DNA from: Methanotrichaceae archaeon
Lineage (GTDB): Archaea; Halobacteriota; Methanosarcinia; Methanotrichales; Methanotrichaceae
NCBI GenBank assembly: GCA_963847095.1
Contig: CAWJYS010000021.1
Span: 123,590 to 187,589, forward strand
Length of the DNA: 64,000 nt
Direction: 5' to 3'
The translations under genes and the position numbers were made by a program. Positions 49,279 through 60,796 of this stretch are shown here, piece by piece. The notes under the pieces were generated by a model that was not told the DNA's origin, searched no databases, and saw nothing but the letters and a program-made list of their open reading frames with translations. Within the stretch, counting starts at the first letter, position 1; each line of letters begins with the position of its first letter.

Positions 49279-49515
49279 TTGTCTACATCTGGAGAGGACG
49301 TTCAAATTCTTGAGGCAAGGATCAAGGAGCTGGTAGAGCGGCTCAGGACATCGGATGAAAGGCTGAAAGCATCCCAAGAACAAAAGCTCAGGATATCTGA
49401 GGAGAAGGTCAAGGTCTTGAATAATAAGATCAAGCAATTGAATAAGCATATCGATGAACTGGAGGGCGAGCTGGATATCTGCCTCCTCACATCAAGGCAG
49501 ATGCCTGTAGAGTGA
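49279..49515 (+). CDS. Small coiled-coil protein
   Basis: Heptad-rich LEARIKELVERLRTSDERLKASQEQKLRISEEKVKVLNNKIKQLNKHIDELEGELD. Confidence 0.35.
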   Translation: MSTSGEDVQILEARIKELVERLRTSDERLKASQEQKLRISEEKVKVLNNKIKQLNKHIDELEGELDICLLTSRQMPVE

Positions 49516-49926
49516 TCTGTAGATGTACGCTTCAGATTTGGATGCCGATAGCCTCGAAATGGTTGCTGTAATGGAATTGGGCCGGAGCGCAAAAGGTCAC
49601 CTCTGCTCACATGCCTCATATGCAGGCGTGTCGGCCGGGCATAGCTCACATGGCAGGAGGGCGAGATGAGTCAGAAGAAGGGCGCTAAGGGGATGCCCAG
49701 CGACGGGCCGGGCAAGCACAATCTCTCAAAGCCGGTGAAGAGCGGTAAAGTGGATTCTGGTTTTGACAAAACGGCACGCAGCAAGAAATACGAGGGACCC
49801 CGAAGGACCAGGACTTGAAAAGGTTATAGCTGGGGGATCATGGGGTTGATGCAAAACTGGCCATGCCATAAAAGAAGCCAGCGGCGACACGGCCCCTCAG
49901 CCGTTCTTAATCCGATCCCATCGACT

Positions 49927-51838
49927 CTAACCCTCAAGATCTCTGAACATCATACGCATTTCATAGACCCCTTCCTCACTTCTCTTCTCCATATCAAATC
50001 CCATATTTTTAAAGAGGTTAAGCATCGGCTTATTCTCAACTAAGACATCCGCAGTAAATCCCAGCAAGCCTCGCCTTCTGGCCAGACGGGTGAGATAAGT
50101 GAGCAGATCGTGGCCTACGCCCATATTTTGATACTCATCCTTTACCACCAGCGCAACCTCGGCGGTATGCATCTTCTCATTTATCTCATATTGCCCAATT
50201 GCGGCGATGGTTTCCTTACGGTCTCCCTCAACAATAGCCAGTATCATCATACTATTAGCATAGTCTACTATCCCGAATTCCTGCAGCCGCTTATGGGGCA
50301 TATCCATTCTTGCAGACATGAACCTTCGGTACATGCTCTCATTGGAAAGAGCATAGAAAAAGTCCTTCATCAAGGGCTCATCTCCGATCTTCACAGGCCT
50401 CAGGAGAATATTAAGCCCACTCCTGGTTGTCCTGAATGTCTCCAAAGCTACTGGATATACCCCTTTCACCCCAGGTATGAACGCCTGATCTTCATAGATG
50501 AGCAAACGCTTCTTGGCCTCAACAATTAGCCACGGCCTGAACTTGGGATGGGCAATAGCAATCAGATCCATGGCACGTTCCCTGATATTTTTGCCGTGGA
50601 GATATGCTATGCCATACTCAGTTACTACGTAGTGGACATCCCCTCGGGTCAGAGTCACTCCCGTACCCTCCTGGAGAGATGGCACTATCCTCGAAATGGT
50701 ATCGTTGACGGCAGTTGAGGGAAGGGCCAGGATGCTCTTTGCCGCCCGGCGCAAGCACGGCTCCTCTCATGAAATCTGCCTGGCCGCCGACGCCGAAGTA
50801 GAATGTCCCGCTCAGTGATTCTGCGGTCGCCTGGCCGGTCAAATCGATCTCCAGAGCGCTGTTGATTGCTGTCATCAACTTATTTTTGGCAATAATCAAA
50901 GGGTTGTTTACATAATCGATGGTCTTGAACTCGATAGTTGGATTCTCATCCAGAAACTCGTAAGTCTCCTTCTTGCCCATGCAATAAGAAGCCACAGTCT
51001 TACCCGTATCGATGGACTTCTTGGTGTTATCCACCACGCCCTTCTTCATCAGATCAACGATGCCGTCGCTCAAGAGCTCAGTATGTACTCCGAGATGCTT
51101 TTTCTCACCCAGGTAGGAGACCACAGCATTGGGTATGATGCCATATCCAACCTGCAGCGTAGATCCATCCTCAATGATCCGGGCAACATACCTGCCTATC
51201 GCCTGGATGATGTCCCCTGGGTCTTCTACCGTATACTCCAGCAATGGTTCATCGTAAGGAATAATGAAATCTACATCTTTTATATTTATGAATCCATCAC
51301 CCTGGGTGCGAGGCATATGGGAGTTTATCTGGGCCACGATCAGCGATGCCTTCTGGGTCGCAGCCTTTACGATATCTACGCTAATCCCCAGGCTCATATA
51401 GCCGTGCTTATCTGGAGGAGATGTCTGGATTAACGCCACGTCTATTGGTATTATCTCCCTTCGGATGAGGCCGGGAACGGCGGAAAGAGATATGGGGGTG
51501 TAGTCTGCTGCGCCTCTGTTGATCGCATTTCTTGTGCCGTCGCTGATGAAGAATGAGTCGATCCGGAAGTTATCACGGAATTTTTCATCTATGTAGGGAG
51601 CAGCGCCCAGGGTCCATACGTGTATTAGCTCGATACCGAAAAAGGCTTTGGGATTGCTGCCAACGAAGTTCACCAGCGCCTGAACCAGATACTGGGGCTC
51701 GCCGCAGCCCGTGCCTATGAAGATCTTATCGCCAGCATGTATATGGCTGAATATCTCTTCTTCCGATGCGAACTTCTCTGGCCAAGCCTCCTTTAGATTC
51801 TCCAAGAAATTGATTCTTTCCATTGTTTTCCCTGCCAT
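49927..51838 (-). pseudogene. Acetyl-CoA hydrolase/transferase-family protein fused to a C-terminal GNAT acetyltransferase domain, split by a +1 frameshift near 50737-50742
   Basis: The N-terminal ORF (50618-51838) ends ...GGQADFMRGAVLAPGGK. The C-terminal ORF (49927-50754) continues ...KSILALPSTAVND..., then a GNAT motif (QNMGVGHDLLTYLTRLARRRG). An extra base in ggcggcaaaGagcatcctg disrupts the GGKSILALPST motif. Confidence 0.7.
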
Positions 51839-52234
51839 TCATTGAGCGGATCGCAGGGCTAAGCGCCTTGAGTCTGTAATCTCAGAGGGATGCATATCTT
51901 TAGGATGCGCACTATCTGCCCAGGGCGACCATGCTTCATTGAATCCAATATGCAAGCTCTCGATACCCTCAAGGCCATAGTATGCAGGATGAGTTACTCT
52001 ATCCGTTAAGAGAAGAAAAAGATGTGCTGCTTTTGAGGAGTTGAGACAATAGTTGTACAAAGCCCCAATGACCGGCTCGGATCTGTTCGTCAACTTAACA
52101 GATATTGGTTTATCTTGATTTTGTATGCAAAATTGGCGGAATGCGTCTAAGCTTCCGTTCTTGTACCAACATGTGATCTTCATTTTATTCCATATGTGAT
52201 AGGATCTATATACCGGTATTGCCTGGGGCTGCAT
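51839..52234 (-). CDS. Hypothetical protein (131 aa), adjacent to and co-oriented with the CoA-transferase gene
   Basis: ORF. Confidence 0.35.
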   Translation of the reverse strand: MQPQAIPVYRSYHIWNKMKITCWYKNGSLDAFRQFCIQNQDKPISVKLTNRSEPVIGALYNYCLNSSKAAHLFLLLTDRVTHPAYYGLEGIESLHIGFNEAWSPWADSAHPKDMHPSEITDSRRLALRSAQ

Positions 52235-52502
52235 TATTTGCTAATTCAACATTGGAGATAAACCAGGTCGCCAGTGAGGCCCAGGTGCAAAGTGAGCCAG
52301 AGGTCTTCTTTCAGTTATTCGCATGATTTCTGATAGTCCCAATGACTCGCACCCGGAGAGTCCCGTGACATTTTGATCAACAGGTATTTAAGGTAAGGAG
52401 GCCATTATAAGGAGGCTGCATTGCGTCGATTCAAAGAGATTTGTTTAGATGTTTTTTGTAGCAGGTTCGATTCTTTGAATCGATTCAAAGGTAGTGAATT
52501 AA

Positions 52503-52718
52503 ATGTTTGAGAGAAAATATGACAATAGCGGTAGCAGCAGCAGCAGAGGCGGCTACAGCAGCGGTCCGAGAGAGATGACAGACGTAACTTGTTCTGAGTG
52601 CGGAAAGCAGACTCAGGTCCCATTCAAGCCGGACGGATCCAGGCCGGTTTACTGCAGCGAGTGCTATCAGAAGCACAGGCCTGCACAAGGTCACCCAGAA
52701 GATATTAAACTGATTTGA
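52503..52718 (+). CDS. Small zinc-ribbon protein, paralogue of 33077-33280
   Basis: TCSECGKQTQVPFKPDGSRPVYCSECYQKHRP is identical in both copies. Confidence 0.5.
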   Translation: MFERKYDNSGSSSSRGGYSSGPREMTDVTCSECGKQTQVPFKPDGSRPVYCSECYQKHRPAQGHPEDIKLI

Positions 52719-53046
52719 TTATTCTTTAATCGATCTGTTTTAACCTGACCGCATCTGAAACTGCGGAACAGACAAATGCTGGGCAATTTCATGCCCTGCA
52801 AATTTTTACTCCTCGCCGTTTTGTGCGGCACTTCGAAAAGCTGTTCTGATATGTGGCCGGCAGACTGGGCCAAGGTGGGGAGATAATGGATAGAATAAAT
52901 GAATAGAGTATCTTAATAATAGTAGGAGATGACGACTTCATGGGTCCCGTATCTGATAGAGGTGGCTTAGGTAGAGGAGTTATGCGCATGATACGGATGC
53001 CCGTCTCCGAAAGATACAATAAAGAGCTGAGGCTTTCAGGGCCTGG

Positions 53047-53508
53047 GTGGAGCAGAGGAAGATGACTGAGCACAAGCAGACCGCAATTCTCGATCCAACA
53101 TCAAACCAAATGATTGAGGTTGACGTTGGAATAGCTCCATTACTTAAAGCCATCTGGGGTTTTGGAATTACGACATGCAATTCCTGCCAGGAAAATAAAC
53201 CTGGCATTACATGGATAGAGTTCCTCCGGGCTGAAGATGCAGAATCATTCTTGACCCGCGTAATATCAGGTCTTGATCCCTTTAATAGTCCTGAAGCAGA
53301 CAACTGGCTATACTCCAGAATAATAGGTCTTAATGGAGGCTGGCAATATAACGCACATCCTCATGATTTTAGAGAATGCATCGATGAGGAAAAAGGAATA
53401 ATAGAATTGAACGCCTCCGAACCATGTGGAATTGCACTATCGATATCGATTCGCTTTCCCATCAGAGATTACGAAAGGCTTCTCGATCTGGTAGGCAGAA
53501 AGCAGTGA
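53047..53508 (+). CDS. Hypothetical 153-aa protein. Only its 3' end survives at the paralogous locus (33310-33440).
   Basis: ORF. The 3' 130 nt are homologous to a non-coding stretch at 33310-33440. Confidence 0.45.
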   Translation: MEQRKMTEHKQTAILDPTSNQMIEVDVGIAPLLKAIWGFGITTCNSCQENKPGITWIEFLRAEDAESFLTRVISGLDPFNSPEADNWLYSRIIGLNGGWQYNAHPHDFRECIDEEKGIIELNASEPCGIALSISIRFPIRDYERLLDLVGRKQ

Positions 53509-53674
53509 AGCGAAGTCGGCATCACGGCTTTATTAAGAATCGGCAAAAATTAATTATGATTTGCATATATTAAATTTGAATTCGATAAATGGAGGAATCT
53601 AAATTAAAAAATCTATAATTCCAGAGATAAAGAAATTTGATGACATAATTTCGGAACTGGGGCGCAGAGAGATT

Positions 53675-53932
53675 GTGGTGCTGATGAATCGCTCTACAAG
53701 GTGGGGCTATGTCGTGGACGCCGTAATCCCTTCGGCAAAGGTAGTCATTCTGAAAATGCCAGACCTGAGCAGGCAGGTTAAGGTGGCAATGAGCATGTTC
53801 CGGGATATGACAGTTAGACTCGAAGGCGACGGATACCGAGTCCTCGTTGTGCCTAATAGAAGCATGAACGAGGAGCAAATAAAAGCCTTCTGTGATCGGG
53901 TCTCAATTGAACCAGCTCTTGCTGCTGCATAA
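53675..53932 (+). CDS. Conserved hypothetical 85-aa protein, paralogue of 33580-33837
   Basis: See paralogue. Confidence 0.5.
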   Translation: MVLMNRSTRWGYVVDAVIPSAKVVILKMPDLSRQVKVAMSMFRDMTVRLEGDGYRVLVVPNRSMNEEQIKAFCDRVSIEPALAAA

Positions 53933-54024
53933 ATGAGCTGGGAATCCATCCAGATATGAAAAGAAATAATTGGCTATTTTTTGAATATAAAATAGCCTCG
54001 CCCGGATTTGTTGCCTTCTATCAA

Positions 54025-55290
54025 CTAGTATCGTCTAACCGGATACGACTTCCGAGGACCAGATTTGTACGTGCTCTCCTGTCTGGAACTTCTCGGTCTC
54101 GGCAAGCCCCTCGATCTGTTCGGAGTCGGCTCTGCAGCCGCGCCCACAGCGTTCTTTGCCCGTTCCGAATGATACTGGTGCTCCATGACCTCTATTTCCA
54201 TCCGCGTTAGCCTCTCGATGCTGCGAAGATAGTTGCGTTCATCAGCTGCACAGAAAGAATATGCTGTGCCCTCTGCTCCTGCGCGCCCCGTACGGCCGAT
54301 GCGATGAACATAGCTCTCAGGCTCGTTAGGCAGGTCGTAATTTATGACATGGGATATGTCTTCGATGTCGATGCCGCGCGCCGCGATATCGGTGGCGACC
54401 AGCACCTGCAATCGGCCTGATTTGAAATCATGCATGGCTTTGGTGCGCTGGCCCTGCGACTTGTTGCCATGAATTGCGTCGGATCTGATGTTGTTCTTGT
54501 TAAGCATAAGCGCGACCTTGTCGGCACGGCGCTTCGTGCGGGCGAACACCAGAACGCGTTTCAGATGTCTCTGCTTGAGAAGCCCCTGCAACAGCGTATA
54601 CTTGTTATCCTGATCCACAAAGAAAACACGCTGTTCGATGCAATCAAGCGTGCTCGCCTGTGGAGCTGCCTCGATATGTACTGCGTCCGTGAGAAGTGTT
54701 TTTGCAAACTCGTTTGTCTGCGGCGACAGCGTGGCCGAGAAGAAAAGCGATTGACGCTTCAGCGGCAGCATCGAGACGATCTTGCGCACATCTTTGATGA
54801 AACCCATGTCGAGCATCCTGTCTATCTCGTCAAGAACGAAGAACTCGACACCCTTCAGCTTTATGTGACCCTGGTTCATCAGGTCGAGCAGCCGGCCGGG
54901 TGTGGCGACGAGAATATCGACGCCTCGAGAAAGAATCTTGACCTGCGGCCCTTGATGGACACCACCGAATATGACTGTGTGCTTGAACCGGAGAAACTGA
55001 CCATATGTTGCAAAGCTCTGACCTATCTGTGCTGCGAGCTCTCTTGTCGGTGCGAGCACAAGTACGCGCGGAACTCCAGGAGTTGGATTCTTGAGCTCTT
55101 CAGACATCCTTTGGAGTATGGGCAGTACGAATGCCGCTGTCTTGCCCGTACCTGTCTGAGCGATGCCCATCAGGTCCTTACCCTTCAACAGATGTGGTAT
55201 GGCCTGCATCTGTATAGGCGTAGGCGTTGTGTATCCTTCTTTGGCTAATGCCCGCGAAAGCGGAGCTATGATATTTAGATTTTCAAATGA
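54025..55290 (-). CDS. DEAD-box ATP-dependent RNA helicase (start taken at MSFENL; the tracked ORF is extended upstream to 55485)
   Basis: Q-motif TPIQ, AQTGTGKT, DEID (DEAD variant), SAT, HRIGRTGRAG, and an Arg/Ser-rich C-terminal tail. Confidence 0.85.
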   Translation of the reverse strand, partial: SFENLNIIAPLSRALAKEGYTTPTPIQMQAIPHLLKGKDLMGIAQTGTGKTAAFVLPILQRMSEELKNPTPGVPRVLVLAPTRELAAQIGQSFATYGQFLRFKHTVIFGGVHQGPQVKILSRGVDILVATPGRLLDLMNQGHIKLKGVEFFVLDEIDRMLDMGFIKDVRKIVSMLPLKRQSLFFSATLSPQTNEFAKTLLTDAVHIEAAPQASTLDCIEQRVFFVDQDNKYTLLQGLLKQRHLKRVLVFARTKRRADKVALMLNKNNIRSDAIHGNKSQGQRTKAMHDFKSGRLQVLVATDIAARGIDIEDISHVINYDLPNEPESYVHRIGRTGRAGAEGTAYSFCAADERNYLRSIERLTRMEIEVMEHQYHSERAKNAVGAAAEPTPNRSRGLPRPRSSRQESTYKSGPRKSYPVRRY

Positions 55291-56212
55291 CATTTTTTTC
55301 CTCTTGTCTTCAAGTATGAGGTTGTACAGGATGTACAGGGCGTACAGGGTAGTCCTGTGCGTAAAACCCGAAACGTTGGGATCGACGCAAGTGACTAACT
55401 CTCTTCGTGAGAGGAACCGCACCCACGGACTGTGGGGGATACCAGTCGAGATCTGACCTCTACTTGAGGCGCAAGCTTCCAGCAAGTCAGATTGATGAAG
55501 TGTTCAGACTCATGTCCGAACTTCTCCGACCCGCGGTAGGAAGGCAGGAAGCCCTACCCCTTCAGGGGCTGGGAGGAAGTCACTTTACTACCTTTGTATC
55601 GATTTCAAAGAACCGATCATGCTACAAAAACATCTCAACAATATTTTTGAATCAATGCAATGGAGCCTTTTATAGAGAGACCATCCAAGATATATATCTG
55701 TCGGTCCAAAAATGCTTGCTCACTGAAATCTCGTAACTACTATGAAAGACCGCAGATCTTCCACCAGCTCATAGTCGAAGCCTGCACGACCCAGGATTCT
55801 CAGAGCCTTGTTCCGTTCGCCAAAGGTCTTGAACTCGACGCGGTAATAGTCATTATCATAGTAATCGTCCAGCTCTTGGAAGAGATTTCTATTATTGCAT
55901 AAGCGCTGTTATTCCCTATTTTTTCCACCCTTTCTTTCCATCAGTTTTTCCATGTGCCCCCTTCTTCCCCACATCCGCTACCCCTTTCTTTGTATCTGCG
56001 CTTCCAGACGCCGCTGTCTTCCCTACATCAGCCGCCGCTTTCTTCGCATCAGCCTTTGTTCTCTTATCTTTTTTATTTTGCATTTTAAATTCTCCATTTA
56101 AACTTATTCTGCGATTCTCTTAATACGATATTTTTAAATAAAAAGCTTTTGGTACCTAAATTTATAAGTATCATAATCTATATATACGTAATGTCTTGTA
56201 AGCTAGGGAGTA

Positions 56213-56368
56213 ATGCCCAAAACTACATTGACCTTATCCGAACCTATAGCCAAAACTCTAAAGGTTTATACTGCAAAAACAAAGAGCAGCCTGCGTGCCC
56301 AAAGTGAAGTTGTAGAGGAAGCGTTAAGAGAGTTCTTTGAGAGGCGCAACGTGAAGATCGAAGTCTAA
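56213..56368 (+). CDS. Small ribbon-helix-helix (CopG-like) protein, 51 aa
   Basis: MPKTTLTLSEPIAKTLKVYTAKTKSSLRAQSEVVEEALREFFERR is a beta-alpha-alpha pattern. Below the ORF-track size cut-off. Confidence 0.4.
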   Translation: MPKTTLTLSEPIAKTLKVYTAKTKSSLRAQSEVVEEALREFFERRNVKIEV

Positions 56369-56511
56369 TTCAAGACAAGCAGTATCCGATCAGGTAAACC
56401 AGAGGTTGATATATCTTTTCGTCAAGTTGAGGCCTTCCTTCGCCAGATTCCCCAGAGAGCTGCTGTGTTGCATAAATCAGGTTCATTTTAAGACTGCAAC
56501 CAGGCATTAAA

Positions 56512-56618
56512 TCCTTTGTGCGTTCTTTGTGAGCTTTGTGATCTTTGTGGTGGATCTCGTTCGTTTGGCTGCTACGAGACAAAACGGAATCCACCACAAA
56601 GGCACAAAGAAACGCACA
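56512..56618. repeat. Dispersed inverted-repeat element of the CACCACAAAG family
   Basis: ctttgtgagctttgtgatctttgtggtggat...atccaccacaaaggcacaaag. Confidence 0.65.
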
Positions 56619-56931
56619 TGACCTGAATGTCACCCATGAGGATGAAAATGGACCTCATCTTTTTGGACGATTTCACAGGCACCGGCGAGATGAAGGAGCA
56701 TTGACACCAGCTCCACACTTGTTCTTTCTCGACCGCATCGTTCTTTCTACCAGAACGTCCTCTCGATTTCTATGCCTCTGAGATGACCATAGAATTGGAA
56801 TAGGGCATCTTTCCCGTCACGGTATTTATTGAAGATCCGGTAAATTTACCATATGTAGATCAATGCGGAATGTCCTGATAATCGACCAAAACTCATTAAA
56901 CAAGTTGGATCATAATAGATAATAGACGAAT

Positions 56932-58374
56932 ATGGCCCACGAGAACACCTCCCCTTGGTTAAGACAGGTGAGAAGAACCCGCCCGGTTATCGCCCTTTCG
57001 GAAGATGCCAATGCAGACGTAGCCATCGTGGGAGGAGGAATCTCCGGAGTGGCGACCTCCTACTTCATTCTCCAAGATACGAACAGAAGTGTAATCCTGA
57101 TGGAAAAATGCAGGGTGGCTCACGGGGCCACGGGCTATAACGGCGGCCAGGCGGTAGCCGCCTTCGAGCGGACCATGCTGGAGCTCTGCAAAAAATTTGG
57201 GGAGGATCTGGTCTCTGAAGGACAGAAGGCAATCAATAGCGCCTGGGGACTACTTTACTCGATAATCGAGGAGACAGGAATCGATGTCGGCCTCCAGGAA
57301 GTCACTGCTTACCTCGCACTCTCTTCCATTGATGATGTCCTGTTCATGCTCAGGGAGAGGCAGCTCTCAGATCGGTTAGGTTTGCCTAAGAGAGACATGC
57401 TGCTGGCAGAAGACGTTGCCGGAGAGGTTCCCGAAGAATACCACTCCCTGTTTAAGATGGTGCACAGGAAGGAACTGGACGAGATGCTCCTGACGCGAGA
57501 TGGCGATTATATCTGCGCTCTTGGGGCGAGAGTGGGGTTGATCAACAGCGCCCTCTTTTGCGAAGAGCTGGTCTCATGGTTGCTGGACCGGTACTCCGGC
57601 AGGTTCAGAGTTTATGAGGATACCTCAGTCCAGAGGATCACGGTAGACAATGGCGTAGGCATTGGCGTACGCAACGACATAGGAAACGACATAGGAAACG
57701 GCGCAGTTCTCATGACGGGCAAAAACGTGGTTAAGGCGAAGCACGCTGTCCTTTGCACCAATGGCTATGACGATCTGGAGATCGAGGGCGTGGACGCCTC
57801 GATAAAGGGGGCCATACACGGCGTTTTAGGGTTCCTGGTCGGGTACATGGATGAAAAGGAGAGGGACCCTGCTGCCGCGGTCTACTTCAGCTCAAGAAAG
57901 TCAGGCCAGGCCGAGGGATACTTCTACCTGGCCAGGCGGAGATATATTGAGGGCCCTAAAAGAGAGCTTACAAGTGTGGGCGGGCCCGACCGTCCCCTCA
58001 GGGAGACAGAAAGGTACAGCTCGGAGGATATCTCGGAGGAAATCCCAGAGGTGGAAGAATATTATTCCAGGATCGAGGAATTCTACAGGATGACTGCCAT
58101 CGATGCGTCCGCAGATACGCAGCGGGACTTCTCCTGGAACGGCCTCATGGGCTATACTTCTAGCGGAGTCAGGGTGATCGGACCGGACCCCACGAACCCT
58201 TCCTTGATCTACAACATGGGCTGCAACGGCATAGGCATACTGCCGTCGATCTACGGTGGCAAGAAGGTAACGCAGGTTATCATGGGAGAGACGTTGGCCC
58301 CATCCATATTCGATCCTGTATCCGCTTCGCTTATGGCAGCTTCGAAACCAATTGTCTCTAAAAAAGGAAAGTGA
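56932..58374 (+). CDS. FAD-dependent oxidoreductase (DAO-like)
   Basis: VAIVGGGISGVATSY dinucleotide-binding motif. Contains an in-frame 12-bp tandem duplication at 57676-57699 (DIGNDIGN). Confidence 0.65.
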   Translation: MAHENTSPWLRQVRRTRPVIALSEDANADVAIVGGGISGVATSYFILQDTNRSVILMEKCRVAHGATGYNGGQAVAAFERTMLELCKKFGEDLVSEGQKAINSAWGLLYSIIEETGIDVGLQEVTAYLALSSIDDVLFMLRERQLSDRLGLPKRDMLLAEDVAGEVPEEYHSLFKMVHRKELDEMLLTRDGDYICALGARVGLINSALFCEELVSWLLDRYSGRFRVYEDTSVQRITVDNGVGIGVRNDIGNDIGNGAVLMTGKNVVKAKHAVLCTNGYDDLEIEGVDASIKGAIHGVLGFLVGYMDEKERDPAAAVYFSSRKSGQAEGYFYLARRRYIEGPKRELTSVGGPDRPLRETERYSSEDISEEIPEVEEYYSRIEEFYRMTAIDASADTQRDFSWNGLMGYTSSGVRVIGPDPTNPSLIYNMGCNGIGILPSIYGGKKVTQVIMGETLAPSIFDPVSASLMAASKPIVSKKGK

Positions 58375-58405
58375 AAATAAAAAAGAAAAAGGGTTAGGTT
58401 AGGAC

Positions 58406-60052
58406 TTACTCGAAGTCCTCTCCGCCCATGCCGCCGGGCATTCCGCCTGGCATGCCGCCTGCACCGCCCGGTCCACCGGACTGGGAGGCAATGACGTCAT
58501 CGATCCTGAGGATCATGACAGCGGCCTCGGCTGCAGACTGGATGGCCTGGGTCTTGACCCTGAGCGGCTCCACAACACCTAAGGACAGCATGTCAACGGG
58601 CTTGCCGGTGTCCATGTCCAGGCCTGCGCTCTTCATGCCCTGCTCGTGCTTGCTTCTTAGCGCCACCAGAGAATCGATCTGGTCAAGGCCCGCATTCTCT
58701 GCCAGGGTCTTGGGTATGATCTCCATGGCATCGGCAAAGGATTCGATAGCCAGCTGCTCACGGCCTCCTACTGTCGAAGCGTACGCCCTGAGCCGGAGAG
58801 CAAGCTCCACCTCGGGAGCGCCGCCTCCGGGAACCAGCATCTGGTCTTCCACAGCGACGCCAACGACCCTCAGTGCGTCCTCCATTGCCCGCTCAAGCTC
58901 ATCGACCACGTGCTCCGTTCCGCCGCGAAGAATGATGGATACGGACTTGGGGTTCTCGCACCCTTCGACGAAGGTCATCTTCTCGTCGCTGACCTTCTTC
59001 TCTTCGACTACGCAGGACTTGCCAAGGTCGTCCTTGGTCAGCTCGTGAATGCTGGTAACGATCCTGCCGCCCGTCGCCCTCGCGAGCTTCTCCATGTCGC
59101 TCTTCTTGACGCGCCTGATGGTGTAGATTCCGGCCTTTGCGAGGAAGTGCTGGGCCAGGTCATCTATGCCCTTCTGGCAGAAGACCACGTTAGCTCCGGT
59201 GGCTACGATGCTGTCGACCATGTCCCTGAGCATGGTCTCCTCCTGGTCCAGGAAAGCCTGGAGCTGGTCTGGGGAGGTGATCTGAATCTTGGCATCGACC
59301 TCTGTCTTCTCGATCTCAATCGCAGCGTTTAAGAGAGCGATCCTGGCATCTGTGACCTTCCTTGGCATGTTGGGGTGCAGCCTGTCCTTATCGATAACCA
59401 CTCCGCTCACAAGCATGGAGTCGCTGATCCCGCCGCCGACCTTCTTCTCCACAGTAATGTTATCGGTATCCACAGTCCCGTCTTCGTCTACCACGGACTT
59501 GATTGCCTCAACCGTCATCACTGCCAGCTCATCCCGGGCGACCTGAGAGCCCTTGCCGGTCATGGCTGTGGTGGCGATCTTACGGAGAAGCTCTTCGTCC
59601 TCCGTGGTGACCTTTGTCGCTATGGACTTCAGGATCTCCATGGACTTGTCAGCCGCTGCCCTGTAGCCTGCAGCTATGACTGTAGGATGGATCTCCTGGT
59701 CCAGCAGCTCCTCGGCCTGCTTGAGAAGCTCTCCCGCGAGCACGACAGCGGTGGTCGTCCCGTCTCCGACCTCCTGGTCCTGGGTCTTGGCAATCTCCAC
59801 CATCATCTTGGCCGCAGGATGCTCGATGTCCATCTCTTTGAGTATGGTTACGCCGTCGTTGGTAATCACAACGTCGCCCATGGTGTCGACAAGCATCTTG
59901 TCCATGCCCTTGGGCCCTAGAGTAGTCCTGACGGCTCCAGCCACTGCCTTGGCCGCCATGATGTTCGATCTCTGCGCATCTCGTCCGGCAGTCCTCTGGC
60001 TGCCTTCCCTGAGAATGAATATGGGTGTTCCACTGAATTGTCCAGCCATCAA
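58406..60052 (-). CDS. ths: Thermosome subunit (group II chaperonin)
   Basis: Conserved along its length ([21 protein letters not shown]) with a C-terminal [13 protein letters not shown] tail. Confidence 0.95.
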   Translation of the reverse strand: MMAGQFSGTPIFILREGSQRTAGRDAQRSNIMAAKAVAGAVRTTLGPKGMDKMLVDTMGDVVITNDGVTILKEMDIEHPAAKMMVEIAKTQDQEVGDGTTTAVVLAGELLKQAEELLDQEIHPTVIAAGYRAAADKSMEILKSIATKVTTEDEELLRKIATTAMTGKGSQVARDELAVMTVEAIKSVVDEDGTVDTDNITVEKKVGGGISDSMLVSGVVIDKDRLHPNMPRKVTDARIALLNAAIEIEKTEVDAKIQITSPDQLQAFLDQEETMLRDMVDSIVATGANVVFCQKGIDDLAQHFLAKAGIYTIRRVKKSDMEKLARATGGRIVTSIHELTKDDLGKSCVVEEKKVSDEKMTFVEGCENPKSVSIILRGGTEHVVDELERAMEDALRVVGVAVEDQMLVPGGGAPEVELALRLRAYASTVGGREQLAIESFADAMEIIPKTLAENAGLDQIDSLVALRSKHEQGMKSAGLDMDTGKPVDMLSLGVVEPLRVKTQAIQSAAEAAVMILRIDDVIASQSGGPGGAGGMPGGMPGGMGGEDFE

Positions 60053-60796
60053 TACCTCAAATTAACTCAATAATAATGCCATTTAAGCATCTATTCGTTG
60101 TTTGAGCTTCTATATAAAATGTATGCTTGCTCGAGCATAGTTAGTACTATGGTATTATAATCAATCGCCAAAGATTAATTATCAACTCCCGTATATTCCT
60201 GATTTGGAAATTATGATACTCCTCTAGTTCGCGAGTGAGCGATTGGCTAGCCTAAGAAATCGGACATGTTGTTAATGCAATCGATGTATCAATTGCATGG
60301 GTAAAGAAATATCTGAGAACATCCTAGGCTTTTATTCACTTTGTGTCTTAGTTGTTTGTGTCTTCGTGATTTAGCGCGCATTAGTTCACCACTTTTCGTA
60401 CCGGCTTATCGCTAAGCTAAACAGAATTGCAGTTTGGGAATCAGCACAAACCGATTGCCTTTTGTTCGCCGAAGCTTTGGGTATATAGAGACAATAGGGA
60501 AAATACAGATATATACTTTAATAAGACAAGAGATATATTGACCTAATCCCTACACTAGAATGTGAGCGTTGTTTTCTCCTTTGAGGATTGCAGGTCTGAG
60601 GCAGAGCCCAACGCTTATCTAAGGCCTCGCTTCGAAGAGGACGCCCCGAAGAGGATTGATTTTTCAAACCAAATTTCCAAGCACTGCCTTTGTCGGGCTT
60701 TTTTGATGAGTTCTTCAGGAAGATGTTGCACGGAATTTGCCGCCTGCCATCTGGCAGAGTTTTTCAACATGAGGCGAAAATTGGGAGATATAAAAG

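Noticed and set aside
54430-55456. 272-aa plus-strand ORF antisense to the DEAD-box helicase
   Set aside because: The helicase motifs are unambiguous on the minus strand, and the antisense translation is Arg/Leu-rich low complexity.
58428-60065. Multiple 80-206-aa ORFs antisense or out of frame within the thermosome gene
   Set aside because: They lie inside a highly conserved, GC-rich essential gene and have low-complexity Pro/Ser/Ala-rich translations. These are typical shadow ORFs.
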